NCBI GenBank assembly: GCA_028275105.1
Contig: JAQCNI010000008.1
Span: forward strand, 764 to 64,763
Direction of reading: 5' to 3'
Origin: Halorubrum sp.
Lineage (GTDB): Archaea > Halobacteriota > Halobacteria > Halobacteriales > Haloferacaceae
Length of the DNA stretch: 64,000 nt
In this document: positions 36,709-46,584 of the stretch, in pieces
Position numbering within the stretch: the first letter of the stretch is position 1
How the letters are laid out: each line of letters opens with the position of its first letter
Position numbers and translations under genes: made by a program
Notes under the pieces: model-generated
The model's input: the letters and a program-made list of their open reading frames with translations, nothing else
Database searches by the model: none
What the model was told of the DNA's origin: nothing

Positions 36709-37875
36709 ATGGAGTGGAGCCGTGGGTGGATTTCGGTCCGGGCGTCGGTTCTCCTGACGTTCGGCGTGGCGATGCTCTCCATCGTGGTCGGCCTTCTCCA
36801 TATCAGCGGGTTCAACGTTCAGGGACCACTCTCTCCGTACATCCCCGACGCCGTTCGACGAATCGTCGGGTTCACCGGAACGATCACGGGCTTCGCGATG
36901 CTCGGGAGCGGCTTCTCCCTGCGGCGGGGGTATCGAGTCGGGTGGTACTCCGCGGTGGTCCTGCTCCCCCTGACCGCGATCCAGGGGTTGCTACAGGTTT
37001 CGGTGTTCTCGTTTCCCCTCGTAGTGCTCTCACTCGTGTCGGTCCTGGCGCTCGTGCTCAACCGTGGCCGGTTCGACCGCGAGTTCATGCCGTCGCCGAC
37101 GCAGCTCGCCGCGGCCGCCGCCCTCGTCGCCGCGATCCTCTACGGCACCCTCGGCTCGTACGCGCTCCGCGAGGAGTTCACGAACCTGGACACCATCGTC
37201 GACGCGTTCTACTTCACCGTCGTCACCGCCTCGACGGTGGGGTACGGGGACGTGACGCCGGCGTCGGAGATCGCCCGGCTGTTCGCGGTCTCAGCGCTCG
37301 TGATGAACGTCGCCGCGTTCGCGGTCGCACTCGGGGTCCTGCTCACGCCGGCGATCGAAGCGCAGCTCTCCAAGGCGCTCGGAAAGATGACAGCAAAACA
37401 GTTCGACCTCCTCGACGACCACGTCCTCGTGTTGGGATACGGGGACCTGACGGAACCGCTACTCGAAGAACTCTCCGACCGCGACGGCGTCACGTACGCG
37501 ATCGTGACCACGGACGAAACCGTCGCGCGCCGGCTCGACGGGCGGTCGGTCCCGGTGCTCACCGCGGACCCGAGCGACGTCGAACCGCTCCACCGGGCGC
37601 GGCTCGAGGATGCGCGCGCGGTCGTCGTCGCGACCGAGGACGACGCGCGCGACGCGCTCGCGATCCTCACCGCCCGACAGCTCAACCCGGACGTCCGGAT
37701 CGTCGCGGCAGCGACACAGCGGGAGAACATCGATAAGCTCCGACGGGCGGGCGCGGATCAGGTGATCTCGCCGTCGACGCTGGGGGGCCAGATCCTCGTC
37801 GACTTCGCGTTCGGCGAGGACGGCGACGGCGCGATGTCGGGGGGGTTGCGCGACGCGTTCGACTCGGGAGAGTAA
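36709..37875 (+). CDS. Potassium channel with a C-terminal RCK/TrkA-N domain (MthK-like)
   Basis: The selectivity filter TASTVGYGD, then VLVLGYGDLTE with a Rossmann-like RCK domain. The TATA-like tttaag lies about 27 nt upstream. Confidence 0.85.
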   Translation: MEWSRGWISVRASVLLTFGVAMLSIVVGLLHISGFNVQGPLSPYIPDAVRRIVGFTGTITGFAMLGSGFSLRRGYRVGWYSAVVLLPLTAIQGLLQVSVFSFPLVVLSLVSVLALVLNRGRFDREFMPSPTQLAAAAALVAAILYGTLGSYALREEFTNLDTIVDAFYFTVVTASTVGYGDVTPASEIARLFAVSALVMNVAAFAVALGVLLTPAIEAQLSKALGKMTAKQFDLLDDHVLVLGYGDLTEPLLEELSDRDGVTYAIVTTDETVARRLDGRSVPVLTADPSDVEPLHRARLEDARAVVVATEDDARDALAILTARQLNPDVRIVAAATQRENIDKLRRAGADQVISPSTLGGQILVDFAFGEDGDGAMSGGLRDAFDSGE

Positions 37876-37883
37876 CGACCCCG

Positions 37884-38519
37884 TTAGCGGCTTCGCCGCC
37901 CCTTCGTCTGGCGGTAGTCCCGACTCAACACGTTCTCGCGCACGTGCTCACGGAACGCGGTCGCCTCGGCGTCGGTCATCGCCGCGGGGTCACGCATGGG
38001 GACGAGTTCGAATCCCCGGCCGCGGACCGTCGTCGCGTGTTCCGTCCCGATGTCGAACGAACCGGGATTCCGGGTCGTGTATGCGATCGCAAGCTCGCGG
38101 AGAACCCGCTCGCCGACCGGCACGATGATCTGCGGGTTGATCATCCGGATCTCCGCGTTCAAGAACGGCTCGCAGGTCGCCACCTCCTCGTCGGTCGGGT
38201 CCCGCTCCGGATGCCGACAGCGCGTGAGGTTCGTGAAAAAGACGTTCTGGACGTCGGGTTCGGTCGCGGCCGGGCCCGAGCGAACGAAGCCGAGGTCCGC
38301 AAACAGCGATTGAACCCGCTCGCCGCCGTCCGCTCCGGTGAAGGGAATCCCGTTGCGTTCGGCGGCCGCGGTCGGGCGGTCGCCGACCACGAGAAACTCC
38401 GCGCCGACGTCGCCATAACCGTGGACGACGCGGTCCCGCCGGTCGCACAGCGCCGGACAGTTCTCGCAGTCGGGATCCATCCCGAACGGGTTGCTGAACT
38501 TCGTCTGTTGTGCGTCCAC
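37884..38519 (-). CDS. Uracil-DNA glycosylase superfamily protein (family 4/5-like)
   Basis: CENCPALC, LVVGDRP....NGIPFTG and FFTNLTRCRHP. GTG start. Confidence 0.75.
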   Translation of the reverse strand: MDAQQTKFSNPFGMDPDCENCPALCDRRDRVVHGYGDVGAEFLVVGDRPTAAAERNGIPFTGADGGERVQSLFADLGFVRSGPAATEPDVQNVFFTNLTRCRHPERDPTDEEVATCEPFLNAEIRMINPQIIVPVGERVLRELAIAYTTRNPGSFDIGTEHATTVRGRGFELVPMRDPAAMTDAEATAFREHVRENVLSRDYRQTKGRRSR

Positions 38520-38584
38520 GGCAGTTGTACGGTTCTCGGCGGTCTAAAGGCTGTGGGGTCGGGGGGTTGAGCGGCCGAGCCGAA

Positions 38585-38845
38585 CTACGTCGGACGGGTC
38601 GACCCTGCCGGCGCGTACGCGTCGCCGTCACGGGCCACCATGTCCTGCTTTCGGAGCGCCTTCAGGATGCTGTACAGGGACATCTTCTTCATACAGAGCG
38701 AGTCGCCCATCTCGGAGACGGTCGCATGGCCATTCGTCGTCAGGTACAGATACACCAGTTTCGCTCGGGGAGACTGCAACTCCGGCGGAAGTGTCGGGGC
38801 CGCCGTGGGCGCCGTCTCTTGCTCCATCATCTTACTTGGAGCCAT
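38585..38845 (-). CDS. Small winged-helix (MarR/TrmB-like) DNA-binding protein
   Basis: KLVYLYLTTNGHATVSEMGDSLCMKKMSLYSILKALRKQDMVARDGD. ATG at 38845. The track start at 38875 is TTG. Confidence 0.5.
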   Translation of the reverse strand: MAPSKMMEQETAPTAAPTLPPELQSPRAKLVYLYLTTNGHATVSEMGDSLCMKKMSLYSILKALRKQDMVARDGDAYAPAGSTRPT

Positions 38846-39059
38846 GGGTTCGACGATAATAAACCCCCCATACAACGATCGTCGAAATCATCTCGAACCG
38901 CCGGAAACGTCCGACGGAGCGACGATCCGAGCCGATTCCACGATCGTTCCCGGCGAGATGACGCGCGATTCGACCCGATCCGGTGGCGGTTTTCGACCGT
39001 TGACGGACGCGAAACCGCGAGCGATCCGTCGCCGGCGGTTTCGACCGGCGGCGGCCCCG

Positions 39060-40889
39060 TCAGTACGATCGAACTTTCGGCTCGTAGGTCCGCGCCTCGC
39101 CCTCGAGGATCGCCGGCTTGTACCAGAGTTCGGGCTCGCCGCCGTTCCACGAGACGAGGGTGTGTTTCAGCCAGTTCTCGTCGTCGCGCTCCTGACGCTC
39201 CTTGCGCCAGTGAGCCCCGCGGAACTCTCGACGCGCGAGCGCGCCCATCGTCAACGCCTCCGCGATGTCGAGGATGTTCCGGGTCTCCATCGTGTGGATG
39301 AGGTCCGTGTTGAACGTCCGGGACGGGTCCGAGACCGCGACGTCGGTGTACCCCTCGCGCGCCTCGCGGAGGTCGGAGAGGGCCTGCTCAAGCCCCGGCT
39401 CCTCGCGGAACACGTTGACGTGAGCGGTCATCGTTTCCTGGACCGCCGACCGGATCTCGGCGTGGTTGCGTCCGCGCCGCTCGAGCAGCGTTTCGACGCG
39501 GTCGCGGGCCCGCTCGACCGCCGTTCCGAGCACGGCCTCGGCGTCGCTCGCAACCGCACCGCCGTCGGCGGCGGCCGGGCCGGGGCCGCCGGTCTCGCCG
39601 ACTGTCGTCTCGAACTCGTAGTCGGCCGGCTCCCAGTTGCCGGACTTCCCGGTCGGGATTTCCGCCTTACCGAGGTCCCTCCCGGCGGCGTGGTACCCCG
39701 CGCGTTTTCCGAAGACGATGAGCTCCGGCAGCGCGTTGCCGCCGAGGCGGTTCGCGCCGTGGACCGACGCGCAGGCACACTCGCCGGCGGCGTACAACCC
39801 GTCGACGGCGGTCTCGCCGTGCTCGTTCGTCTCGATTCCGCCCATCGCGTAGTGCTGGCCGGGTTTGACCGGCATCGGCTCCTCGAGCCCGTCCGCGCCC
39901 TCGAAGTCCTCCGCGAGGTGGAGGATGTTCTCCAGCCGGTCGAGGATCCGCTCCTCGCCCAGATGCCGCATGTCGAGGTGGACGTACTCGTCCTCGATGC
40001 CGCGCCCCTCGTTGACTTCGGTGAGCTCGGCGCGCGAGACGACGTCGCGGGAGGCGAGTTCGCCGTCGTTGTTGGCGTAGCCGTGCTCGAATAGGAACCG
40101 CTCGCCCTCCGCGTTGTAGAGGATTCCGCCTTCGCCGCGGACCCCCTCGGAGATGAGCACCCCGGTCGAGGGGAGCGTCGTCGGGTGGAACTGGATGAAC
40201 TCCATGTCCTCCATGGGGACGCCCGCACGGTACGCCATCGCGACGCCGTCGCCGGTGTTCGCGACCGCGTTGGTGGTGTGATCGAACACCTGTCCCATCC
40301 CGCCGGTGGCGAGGATGACGCCGTTGTCGGCGCGGAACCCGCTCACCTCGCCGGTTTGAATATCGTAGGCAACGACGCCATGACACGTCCGGTCGGCGGA
40401 GTCGGGCTCGTTCGTCACCGCGAGGTCCATCACGTACCACTCGTCGTACACCGTGACCCCGCGTTTGACCACCTGCTCGTACATCGTGTGGAGCATCTGG
40501 TGGCCGGTCTCCGCGCCGGCGTACGTCGTCCGCGGGAACGAGAGTCCGCCGAACGGCCGCTGGGAGACGCGCCCGTCGTCCTCCCGCGAGAACGGCATCC
40601 CCCAGTGTTCGAGTCGGATCACTTCCTCCGGGCTCTCCTTACACAGCGCCTCGACCGCCGGCGCGTCGCCGAGGTAGTCCGACCCCTTCATCGTGTCGTA
40701 CGCGTGATCCTCCCAGGAGTCGGCATCCCGGAGCGCCGCGTTGATCCCGCCCTCGGCCGCCCCCGTGTGCGAGCGGACCGGGTGTAGCTTCGAGACGATC
40801 GCCACGTCCGCCCCTGCTTCCTGTGCCGCTATCGCCGCGCGGAGTCCGGCCCCGCCCGCGCCGACAACGACGACGTCGTGTTCGTACAT
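39060..40889 (-). CDS. sdhA: Succinate dehydrogenase flavoprotein subunit
   Basis: VVVVGAGGAGLRAA, SHTGAAEGG (the FAD-linking His context) and the catalytic RxxxGG regions. Confidence 0.95.
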   Translation of the reverse strand: MYEHDVVVVGAGGAGLRAAIAAQEAGADVAIVSKLHPVRSHTGAAEGGINAALRDADSWEDHAYDTMKGSDYLGDAPAVEALCKESPEEVIRLEHWGMPFSREDDGRVSQRPFGGLSFPRTTYAGAETGHQMLHTMYEQVVKRGVTVYDEWYVMDLAVTNEPDSADRTCHGVVAYDIQTGEVSGFRADNGVILATGGMGQVFDHTTNAVANTGDGVAMAYRAGVPMEDMEFIQFHPTTLPSTGVLISEGVRGEGGILYNAEGERFLFEHGYANNDGELASRDVVSRAELTEVNEGRGIEDEYVHLDMRHLGEERILDRLENILHLAEDFEGADGLEEPMPVKPGQHYAMGGIETNEHGETAVDGLYAAGECACASVHGANRLGGNALPELIVFGKRAGYHAAGRDLGKAEIPTGKSGNWEPADYEFETTVGETGGPGPAAADGGAVASDAEAVLGTAVERARDRVETLLERRGRNHAEIRSAVQETMTAHVNVFREEPGLEQALSDLREAREGYTDVAVSDPSRTFNTDLIHTMETRNILDIAEALTMGALARREFRGAHWRKERQERDDENWLKHTLVSWNGGEPELWYKPAILEGEARTYEPKVRSY

Positions 40890-40940
40890 TTGTGGTATAG
40901 TATCGTGTTGGAACTGGAATGACTTATACTGTCTCCCGAT

Positions 40941-41837
40941 TCACCAGAATTTCAGATTGCTTTTGACGGCCTCGCGTTTCAGCTCCTGGATGTGCTCCGT
41001 CAGCGGGATGTCCTTGGGACACACCTCCGTACAGGAGAACTGGGTCTGACACCGCCAGACGCCGTGCTCCTGTTCGATGATCTCCAGCCGCTTCTGCTTG
41101 ACGTCCTCGCCCTCGCGCTCGTCCATGGCGAACCGGTACGCCTTGTTGATCGCGGCGGGCCCGAGGTACTCGTTGTCGCCGGCGGCCACGTTACACGAGG
41201 ACATACACGCGCCACACCAGATACACCGGGTCGACATCTTCACCTTCTCGCGGTTCTCCCGACTCTGCCGCTGTTCTTCCAGTTCGCCCTCCGGGAGCTC
41301 GTCCGTCTGGAAGTACGGCTCGACCGCCTCCATCTGGTCGTAGAAGTGCTCCATGTCGACGACGAGGTCCTTCCGGACGTCGGCGTGGGGAAGCGGCTCG
41401 ATGCGGATCGGCTCCTCGAGGTCGACGATCTGGGTCTTACACGCGAGCTTCTGGCCGCCGTTGACGAACATCGCGTCCGAGCCACAGACCGCCTGCCGGC
41501 AGGAGTGCCGGAACGTGAGCGAGGAGTCGTACGTGTCCCGGGCGTATATCAGCGTGTCGAGCACGGTCATCCCCTTCTCGAACGGGACGTGATAGGTGTC
41601 GAACCGGGGCTCCTGTTTTTCCTCGACGTCCGGGTCGTACCGAAACACGCGCAACTCGATCGTGTGTTCGGCGGCGGCCGCCCGCTCGGCTTCCTCGGCC
41701 CGTCGCTCTTCCCGCTTCTCGGCCGCGCGTCGACGTTTCTCCGCGCGGCGGACGTCGCCTTTCGACGGGACGCCGGCCTCGGCATCCGCCTTCGATCCCT
41801 CCGTTTCCTCGGTCTCCTTCGGTATCTGTGTGCTCAT
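40941..41837 (-). CDS. sdhB: Succinate dehydrogenase iron-sulfur subunit
   Basis: Three Cys clusters: SCRQAVCGSD, CIWCGACMSSC and CTEVCPK. Confidence 0.95.
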   Translation of the reverse strand: MSTQIPKETEETEGSKADAEAGVPSKGDVRRAEKRRRAAEKREERRAEEAERAAAAEHTIELRVFRYDPDVEEKQEPRFDTYHVPFEKGMTVLDTLIYARDTYDSSLTFRHSCRQAVCGSDAMFVNGGQKLACKTQIVDLEEPIRIEPLPHADVRKDLVVDMEHFYDQMEAVEPYFQTDELPEGELEEQRQSRENREKVKMSTRCIWCGACMSSCNVAAGDNEYLGPAAINKAYRFAMDEREGEDVKQKRLEIIEQEHGVWRCQTQFSCTEVCPKDIPLTEHIQELKREAVKSNLKFW

Positions 41838-41876
41838 GGGTTCGATGTGTCAGGATTTGCTGAGTCGATCAACGGG

Positions 41877-42248
41877 TCAGTAGAGTGGGATCCCCGCCCA
41901 GGCGTTCGCGGTCCGGATCCCTTGGACGATCAACACGGCGCTCGCGGCGACGAGCGTCCACTTGACGACGGTTCGTTTCCGGCCCGAGAGCCCCTGATTC
42001 ACGAGGGCGTTGTACACGCCGTTGACCCCGTGAAACGTCGCCGTCAGGAGGAACAGCACCATCAGCGAGTAGTAGCTCACGGTTCCCATCCGGGCGGAAC
42101 TCGCCAGGAATGACACCTCGTTGGCGTGGTTGACGAAGTGGAGCAGGAAGAAGTGGAACGCCAGGACGACGAGCAGGAACGCGGCCGTGATCCGCTGGAG
42201 TAGCCACAGCCGGCCGCCCTGCTTGAACGAGGAGTAGCGCGTCGCCAT
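41877..42248 (-). CDS. sdhD: Succinate dehydrogenase membrane subunit D
   Basis: 123 aa with 3 TM segments, sitting between sdhC and sdhB. Confidence 0.8.
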   Translation of the reverse strand: MATRYSSFKQGGRLWLLQRITAAFLLVVLAFHFFLLHFVNHANEVSFLASSARMGTVSYYSLMVLFLLTATFHGVNGVYNALVNQGLSGRKRTVVKWTLVAASAVLIVQGIRTANAWAGIPLY

Positions 42249-42249
42249 C

Positions 42250-42675
42250 TCAGAACGCCCCCGCGACGAACGTCGGCACCGACGCGACCGTAATGGCCCC
42301 CGTCAGCACGAGCGACGCGTAGAAGCTCCTGTCCTGTGATTCCAGCCCGACGCCGAGGTCGACGAGGAGGAGCCGGGTCCCGTTAAGCATGTGGAACACG
42401 GCCACCGCCAGCAGGCCGACCTCGAGGATCCGCACCAGCAACAACTGCTCGAGGGAAACGATCGTCTGCGTGTACACGTCGGTTCCGGCCTGTAACACGG
42501 CCGTCTCCGCGCCCGACGCCGGGATCCCCGTACTCAACACGGCAATGTGAGTAAACAGGTACCCGATGAGCACCCACCCCGTGAACTTGTGGAAGATCCA
42601 CGCCCACATCCCGGCCTCGAACTCCCGCCACCGGCTGAAGTCCTCGATGAGGCCTCGATCATACGACTGGCTCAT
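42250..42675 (-). CDS. sdhC: Succinate dehydrogenase membrane subunit C
   Basis: 141 aa with 3 TM segments. First gene of the sdhCDBA order on the minus strand. Confidence 0.8.
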   Translation of the reverse strand: MSQSYDRGLIEDFSRWREFEAGMWAWIFHKFTGWVLIGYLFTHIAVLSTGIPASGAETAVLQAGTDVYTQTIVSLEQLLLVRILEVGLLAVAVFHMLNGTRLLLVDLGVGLESQDRSFYASLVLTGAITVASVPTFVAGAF

Positions 42676-42872
42676 GCGTATTAATATAGCACTGTGGTGG
42701 TATAGTAGTTTCTACCACGGTCGATCCGACCCCGTTTCTCGGGGCGTACCAACTTGTTTCGTTCCGTTCCCGAATCGTGCCAACTCGTTTCGTTCCCGAA
42801 TCGTGTCACCGATTCTCTCACCCGAGTCGTCGCGGAAGCCTTTTGTCTTCCCCCCTCGCCTCTACGGACGCA

Positions 42873-43067
42873 ATGGCGCAAGGCGAAGTTGACTTCTTCA
42901 ACGACACTGGCGGCTACGGATTCATCGAAACTGACGACGCTGACGAGGACGTGTTCTTCCACATGGAGGACGTCGGCGGCCCGGACCTCGAAGAGGGACA
43001 GGAGGTCGAGTTCGACATCGAGGAGGCGGACAAGGGCCCGCGCGCGACGAACGTCACGCGTCTGTAG
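42873..43067 (+). CDS. cspA: Cold-shock protein (CspA family)
   Basis: GEVDFFNDTGGYGFIE (RNP1) and VFFH (RNP2). 64 aa. Confidence 0.9.
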   Translation: MAQGEVDFFNDTGGYGFIETDDADEDVFFHMEDVGGPDLEEGQEVEFDIEEADKGPRATNVTRL

Positions 43068-43279
43068 ACCCCCGTAGACCCCGAGCGGACGACAGTCGCA
43101 TCGGCTTTTCGATCGATCACGTCCCGAGCGGCAGCGCCGTGAGTGAACTATCACGAAACGACGGACTCCCGCGCGTCGACGTCGAACCCCACCCGTCAAC
43201 GTCGGATCCAACCCGTCGACGTTCTCTCCGGGCCATTCCGGCGATCTCCACACGCAATCGATAGGAATTTGCGTGTTGC

Positions 43280-43297
43280 TGACTGACCGGTCAGTCA
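43280..43297. promoter_or_regulatory. Perfect 18-bp palindrome tgactgaccggtcagtca abutting the TetR start codon (candidate operator)
   Basis: The halves tgactgacc and ggtcagtca are exact reverse complements. The palindrome ends 1 nt before ATG 43298. Confidence 0.6.
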
Positions 43298-44209
43298 ATG
43301 AGCGATGAGTCGGACGGTCGGTCGGACGCGACCGACGAGATCATGGACGGGATTTATCGCGCTTTGTGTACCCACGGGTACGCGGACCTCACGATGCGTG
43401 ACATCGCCGATGAGTGTTCGAAGAGCAAGTCCCTGCTCCACTACCACTACGACACCAAGGAGGACCTCCTCGTGGCGTTTCTCGACCACATTCTCTCCGG
43501 GTTCGAGGCGTGGGTCGACGAGGGGGCGGACCGCCCGCCCGCCCGGCGGATCGTGGAGTTCGTCGGCTGGTTCGTCTTCGAGTCGGCCGAGACGGACCGG
43601 GAGGCGTTCCATATCGCGCTGTTGGAGCTCCGGTCACAGGGTCCGTTCAACGACCGGATCCGCGAACGACTGCTCCGGAGCGACCGGCTCCTGCGCGGCA
43701 CCGTCACAAACGTCCTCATGGACGGGGTCGAAGCGGGCGTCTTCCGCGAGGTCGACGTCGAAGAGACGGCGGCGCTGCTCGTGGCGACCCTCGACGGCGC
43801 ACGGACCCGACAGATAACGCTCGAGACCGGACTCGGGACCGCCGAGGGCGACGCTGACGCCGACGACGACGCCGACGACGCCGACGGCGGCGCCGACCGA
43901 GGACGACGGGGCGACACGGGCCACGACGCTCCGGAGTCGTCGAACGGCGATGGGTCCGGGATCGATGACGACGTTTCGGACGTCCCCGAGGGGGCGTACA
44001 CGCGAACCGTCGCCGAGGCGACCCTCCAGCGGATCGTCGACCCGCTGCTCGTCGAGGGCGAGACGCGACCGTCGCTCGCCGAGACCCTCGACACGCTCTC
44101 GGCGAGAACCGGCCAGAACCCGGCGGCCGGGAGCGGGAGTGGAGACCGGGGAACGGACGGGACCGGCGGGACCGACGGATCGACCCAAACCGACGGGAAC
44201 GGGGCGTAG
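43298..44209 (+). CDS. TetR/AcrR-family transcriptional regulator with a long acidic C-terminal extension
   Basis: GYADLTMRDIADECSKSKSLLHYHYDTKEDLL is the TetR HTH. Confidence 0.85.
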   Translation: MSDESDGRSDATDEIMDGIYRALCTHGYADLTMRDIADECSKSKSLLHYHYDTKEDLLVAFLDHILSGFEAWVDEGADRPPARRIVEFVGWFVFESAETDREAFHIALLELRSQGPFNDRIRERLLRSDRLLRGTVTNVLMDGVEAGVFREVDVEETAALLVATLDGARTRQITLETGLGTAEGDADADDDADDADGGADRGRRGDTGHDAPESSNGDGSGIDDDVSDVPEGAYTRTVAEATLQRIVDPLLVEGETRPSLAETLDTLSARTGQNPAAGSGSGDRGTDGTGGTDGSTQTDGNGA

Positions 44210-44211
44210 CG

Positions 44212-45579
44212 GTGGACGGGTTCCCGACGTTCGGCGCCGAACGGCTCCCGACCGTGTTGCTCGCGGTCATCGCCAGCACGTTCTTCGTCGGGTTCGGCGG
44301 CGGCGTCGTCTTCCCCATCCTGCCGAATCTCGGCGCAGTCCTCGGAATCTCGGCGTTCACCGTCGGCGTCATTCTCTCCGCGAACCGCTGGGTTCGACTC
44401 GTCGCCAACGCGCCGGCCGGCGCGCTCGTCGACCGGTACGGGACGCGAAAACCGTTCATTTACGGCCTGTTGATCGAGGGAGTTGCCACGTTCGGCTACG
44501 TCGCCGCGCTGGTGATGCTGCCGGCGGACTCGCTCGGCTCCATCGTGACCGCGCTGCCGACGGTCGCGCTCGGTCCGCTTGTCGTCGGTACGGACGAATG
44601 GACCGTCCTTGCCGGGATCGCCGTCGCGTCCGAGACGTGGTTCATCCTCGCACGCGTGCTCTGGGGCGTCGGGTCGGCCGCGGTGTTCGCGACCGCGTAC
44701 ACCATCGCGGCCGACGTCTCCGACGGCGGCACCCGGGGGACGAACATGGGCGTCGTCCGCGGCGGCATCACGATGGGGTTCCCCGCGGGGCTCGTGCTCG
44801 GCGGCGTCGTCTCCTCGCTGGCGGGCAACGTGGCGGCGTTCGTCGTCGCCGCCGCGTTCGCGCTCGCCGCCAGCGTCGTCGCCCACCGGCTCGTCCCGGA
44901 AACCCACGTCACGTCCGTCGGGGAACGGACGTCGGTCAAACCGTGGGACATCGACACGTCGGCGCCGGCCGTGACCGTCGGGCTGGTCAACTTCGGGCTG
45001 ATGCTCGCGTACGTCGGAGCGCTGTTCGCCACCCTCGTGCTCTTCTTGGCCGCGAACGAGATATCGTTGCTCGGGCTCGACGCACAGGGGACCTCCGGAC
45101 TTTTCATGGCCGGCACGGTCGTGTCGGCGGCCGTGTTCATGCTGGTCGGGGGGCGAGTCTCGGACACCCGCGACTCGCGGACCCCAGTTCTCCTTGGGTT
45201 CCTCGTCGTCTCGTTCGTGGGGTTTCTGCTCCTGGCGCGGGTGGGGTCGGTCATCGATCTCGGGCTCGCGTGCGTGTTCATCGGGGCCGGACAGGGCGGA
45301 ACGAGCGGACCGATGATGGCGCTGCTCGCCGACCTCACCCCCGACGAGCGGATGGGACGAGCAACCGGGACGAACAACGTTTTCGGCGACGTTGGTGGGG
45401 GACTCGGCCCGATGGTCTCGCTCCCGCTGGTCGAGGCGGTCGGGTTCGCCCCGATCTATGCGGCGTGTGCGGCGATCCCGCTCGTCGCCGGCGTCGCCCT
45501 GCTGGTCGGGGTTCGGCGGGAGACCGGGTCGTTCGTGCCGGGGCGGGCCGCGACCGATGCGGCCGCCGCCGAGGCATGA
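44212..45579 (+). CDS. MFS transporter
   Basis: About 12 TM segments and a GALVDRYGTRKP-type loop between TM2 and TM3. The GTG start lies 3 nt after the TetR stop. Confidence 0.85.
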   Translation: MDGFPTFGAERLPTVLLAVIASTFFVGFGGGVVFPILPNLGAVLGISAFTVGVILSANRWVRLVANAPAGALVDRYGTRKPFIYGLLIEGVATFGYVAALVMLPADSLGSIVTALPTVALGPLVVGTDEWTVLAGIAVASETWFILARVLWGVGSAAVFATAYTIAADVSDGGTRGTNMGVVRGGITMGFPAGLVLGGVVSSLAGNVAAFVVAAAFALAASVVAHRLVPETHVTSVGERTSVKPWDIDTSAPAVTVGLVNFGLMLAYVGALFATLVLFLAANEISLLGLDAQGTSGLFMAGTVVSAAVFMLVGGRVSDTRDSRTPVLLGFLVVSFVGFLLLARVGSVIDLGLACVFIGAGQGGTSGPMMALLADLTPDERMGRATGTNNVFGDVGGGLGPMVSLPLVEAVGFAPIYAACAAIPLVAGVALLVGVRRETGSFVPGRAATDAAAAEA

Positions 45580-45690
45580 CCCCGGCCGCGAACCCGCCAC
45601 CGAGGCATGACCCCGGCCGCGAACCCGCCACCGAGGCATGACCCCGGCCGCGAACCCGCCGCCGAGGCATGACCCCGGCCGCGAACTCGT
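45571..45690. repeat. 31-bp tandem repeat, about 3.7 copies (gaggcatgaccccggccgcgaacccgccacc)
   Basis: gaggcatga begins at 45571, 45602, 45633 and 45664. The first copy contains the MFS stop codon. Confidence 0.9.
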
Positions 45691-45774
45691 CGTCCCGGAC
45701 CATCGTATGCGAACCGCTTGCGCCCGCTGTGTGAAAGAACAACCGTTAAAAGTCGTCACCGGGTTCATATGGAT

Positions 45775-46251
45775 ATGGCTGGAACTATCGAAGCGCTCGT
45801 CCCCGGCGGGCAGGCTACCCCCGGGCCGCCGCTCGGTCCGGAGCTCGGCCCGACGCCGGTTGACGTCCAAGAGGTCGTGAGCCGGATCAACGAGGAGACC
45901 GACGCGTTCGACGGAATGGAAGTCCCGGTCACCGTCGAGTACGACGACGACGGATCCTTTTCGATCGACGTCGGCGTCCCGCCGACGGCGGAACTGATCA
46001 AGGACGAGGCCGGCTTCGAGACCGGATCGGGCGAACCGCAAGCGGACTTCGTCGCCGACATGACCGTCGAACAGGTGCGGACGGTCGCCGAGCAGAAGTC
46101 GACCGACCTCCTGTCGTACGACACGAAAAACGCCGCCAAGGAGGTCGGTGGCACGTGTGCCTCGCTCGGCGTCACGATCGACGGCGAGGACGCCCGGAGC
46201 TTTGACGACCGCGTCGACGCCGGCAAGTACGACGACGTCCTCGAGGCGTAA
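45775..46251 (+). CDS. rpl11: 50S ribosomal protein L11
   Basis: VPGGQATPGPPLGPELGP and FSIDVGVPPTAELIK. Confidence 0.9.
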   Translation: MAGTIEALVPGGQATPGPPLGPELGPTPVDVQEVVSRINEETDAFDGMEVPVTVEYDDDGSFSIDVGVPPTAELIKDEAGFETGSGEPQADFVADMTVEQVRTVAEQKSTDLLSYDTKNAAKEVGGTCASLGVTIDGEDARSFDDRVDAGKYDDVLEA

Positions 46252-46584
46252 CGCCGACCCTTCCCGGCGATCGACCCGGCCGTGGCCGGGGATGGCCGCG
46301 AGGGCGGCCGCAAGGGGTGTTCTGCTGAGGAATTTCGGGCGCTTCGGACGAATCCCCGTCCAAGTGGGAATCCATATCGGTTGAGCAGCGCCTCGCCACC
46401 GTGTTCGGGTCAAATCCGGATCGCGGACCGACGACGGCGCTCCCGATGCCGGAACGGCTTGACAACCCCGACGAAACTGACCCCCACGGCACCGACCGCG
46501 ACGGATGTCGGTCGTTCACTGCTTCGGGACGATCCCCGGGCCGTGTCGCCTCCGGGGCGACATCGTTCGGACGGGTGTACCGGC

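Noticed and set aside
43447-46413. 988-aa minus-strand ORF, the longest in the track
   Set aside because: It is antisense to the TetR, MFS and L11 genes, all of which have clear family motifs. Its composition is extreme in Arg, Pro and Gly. This is a typical high-G+C shadow ORF.
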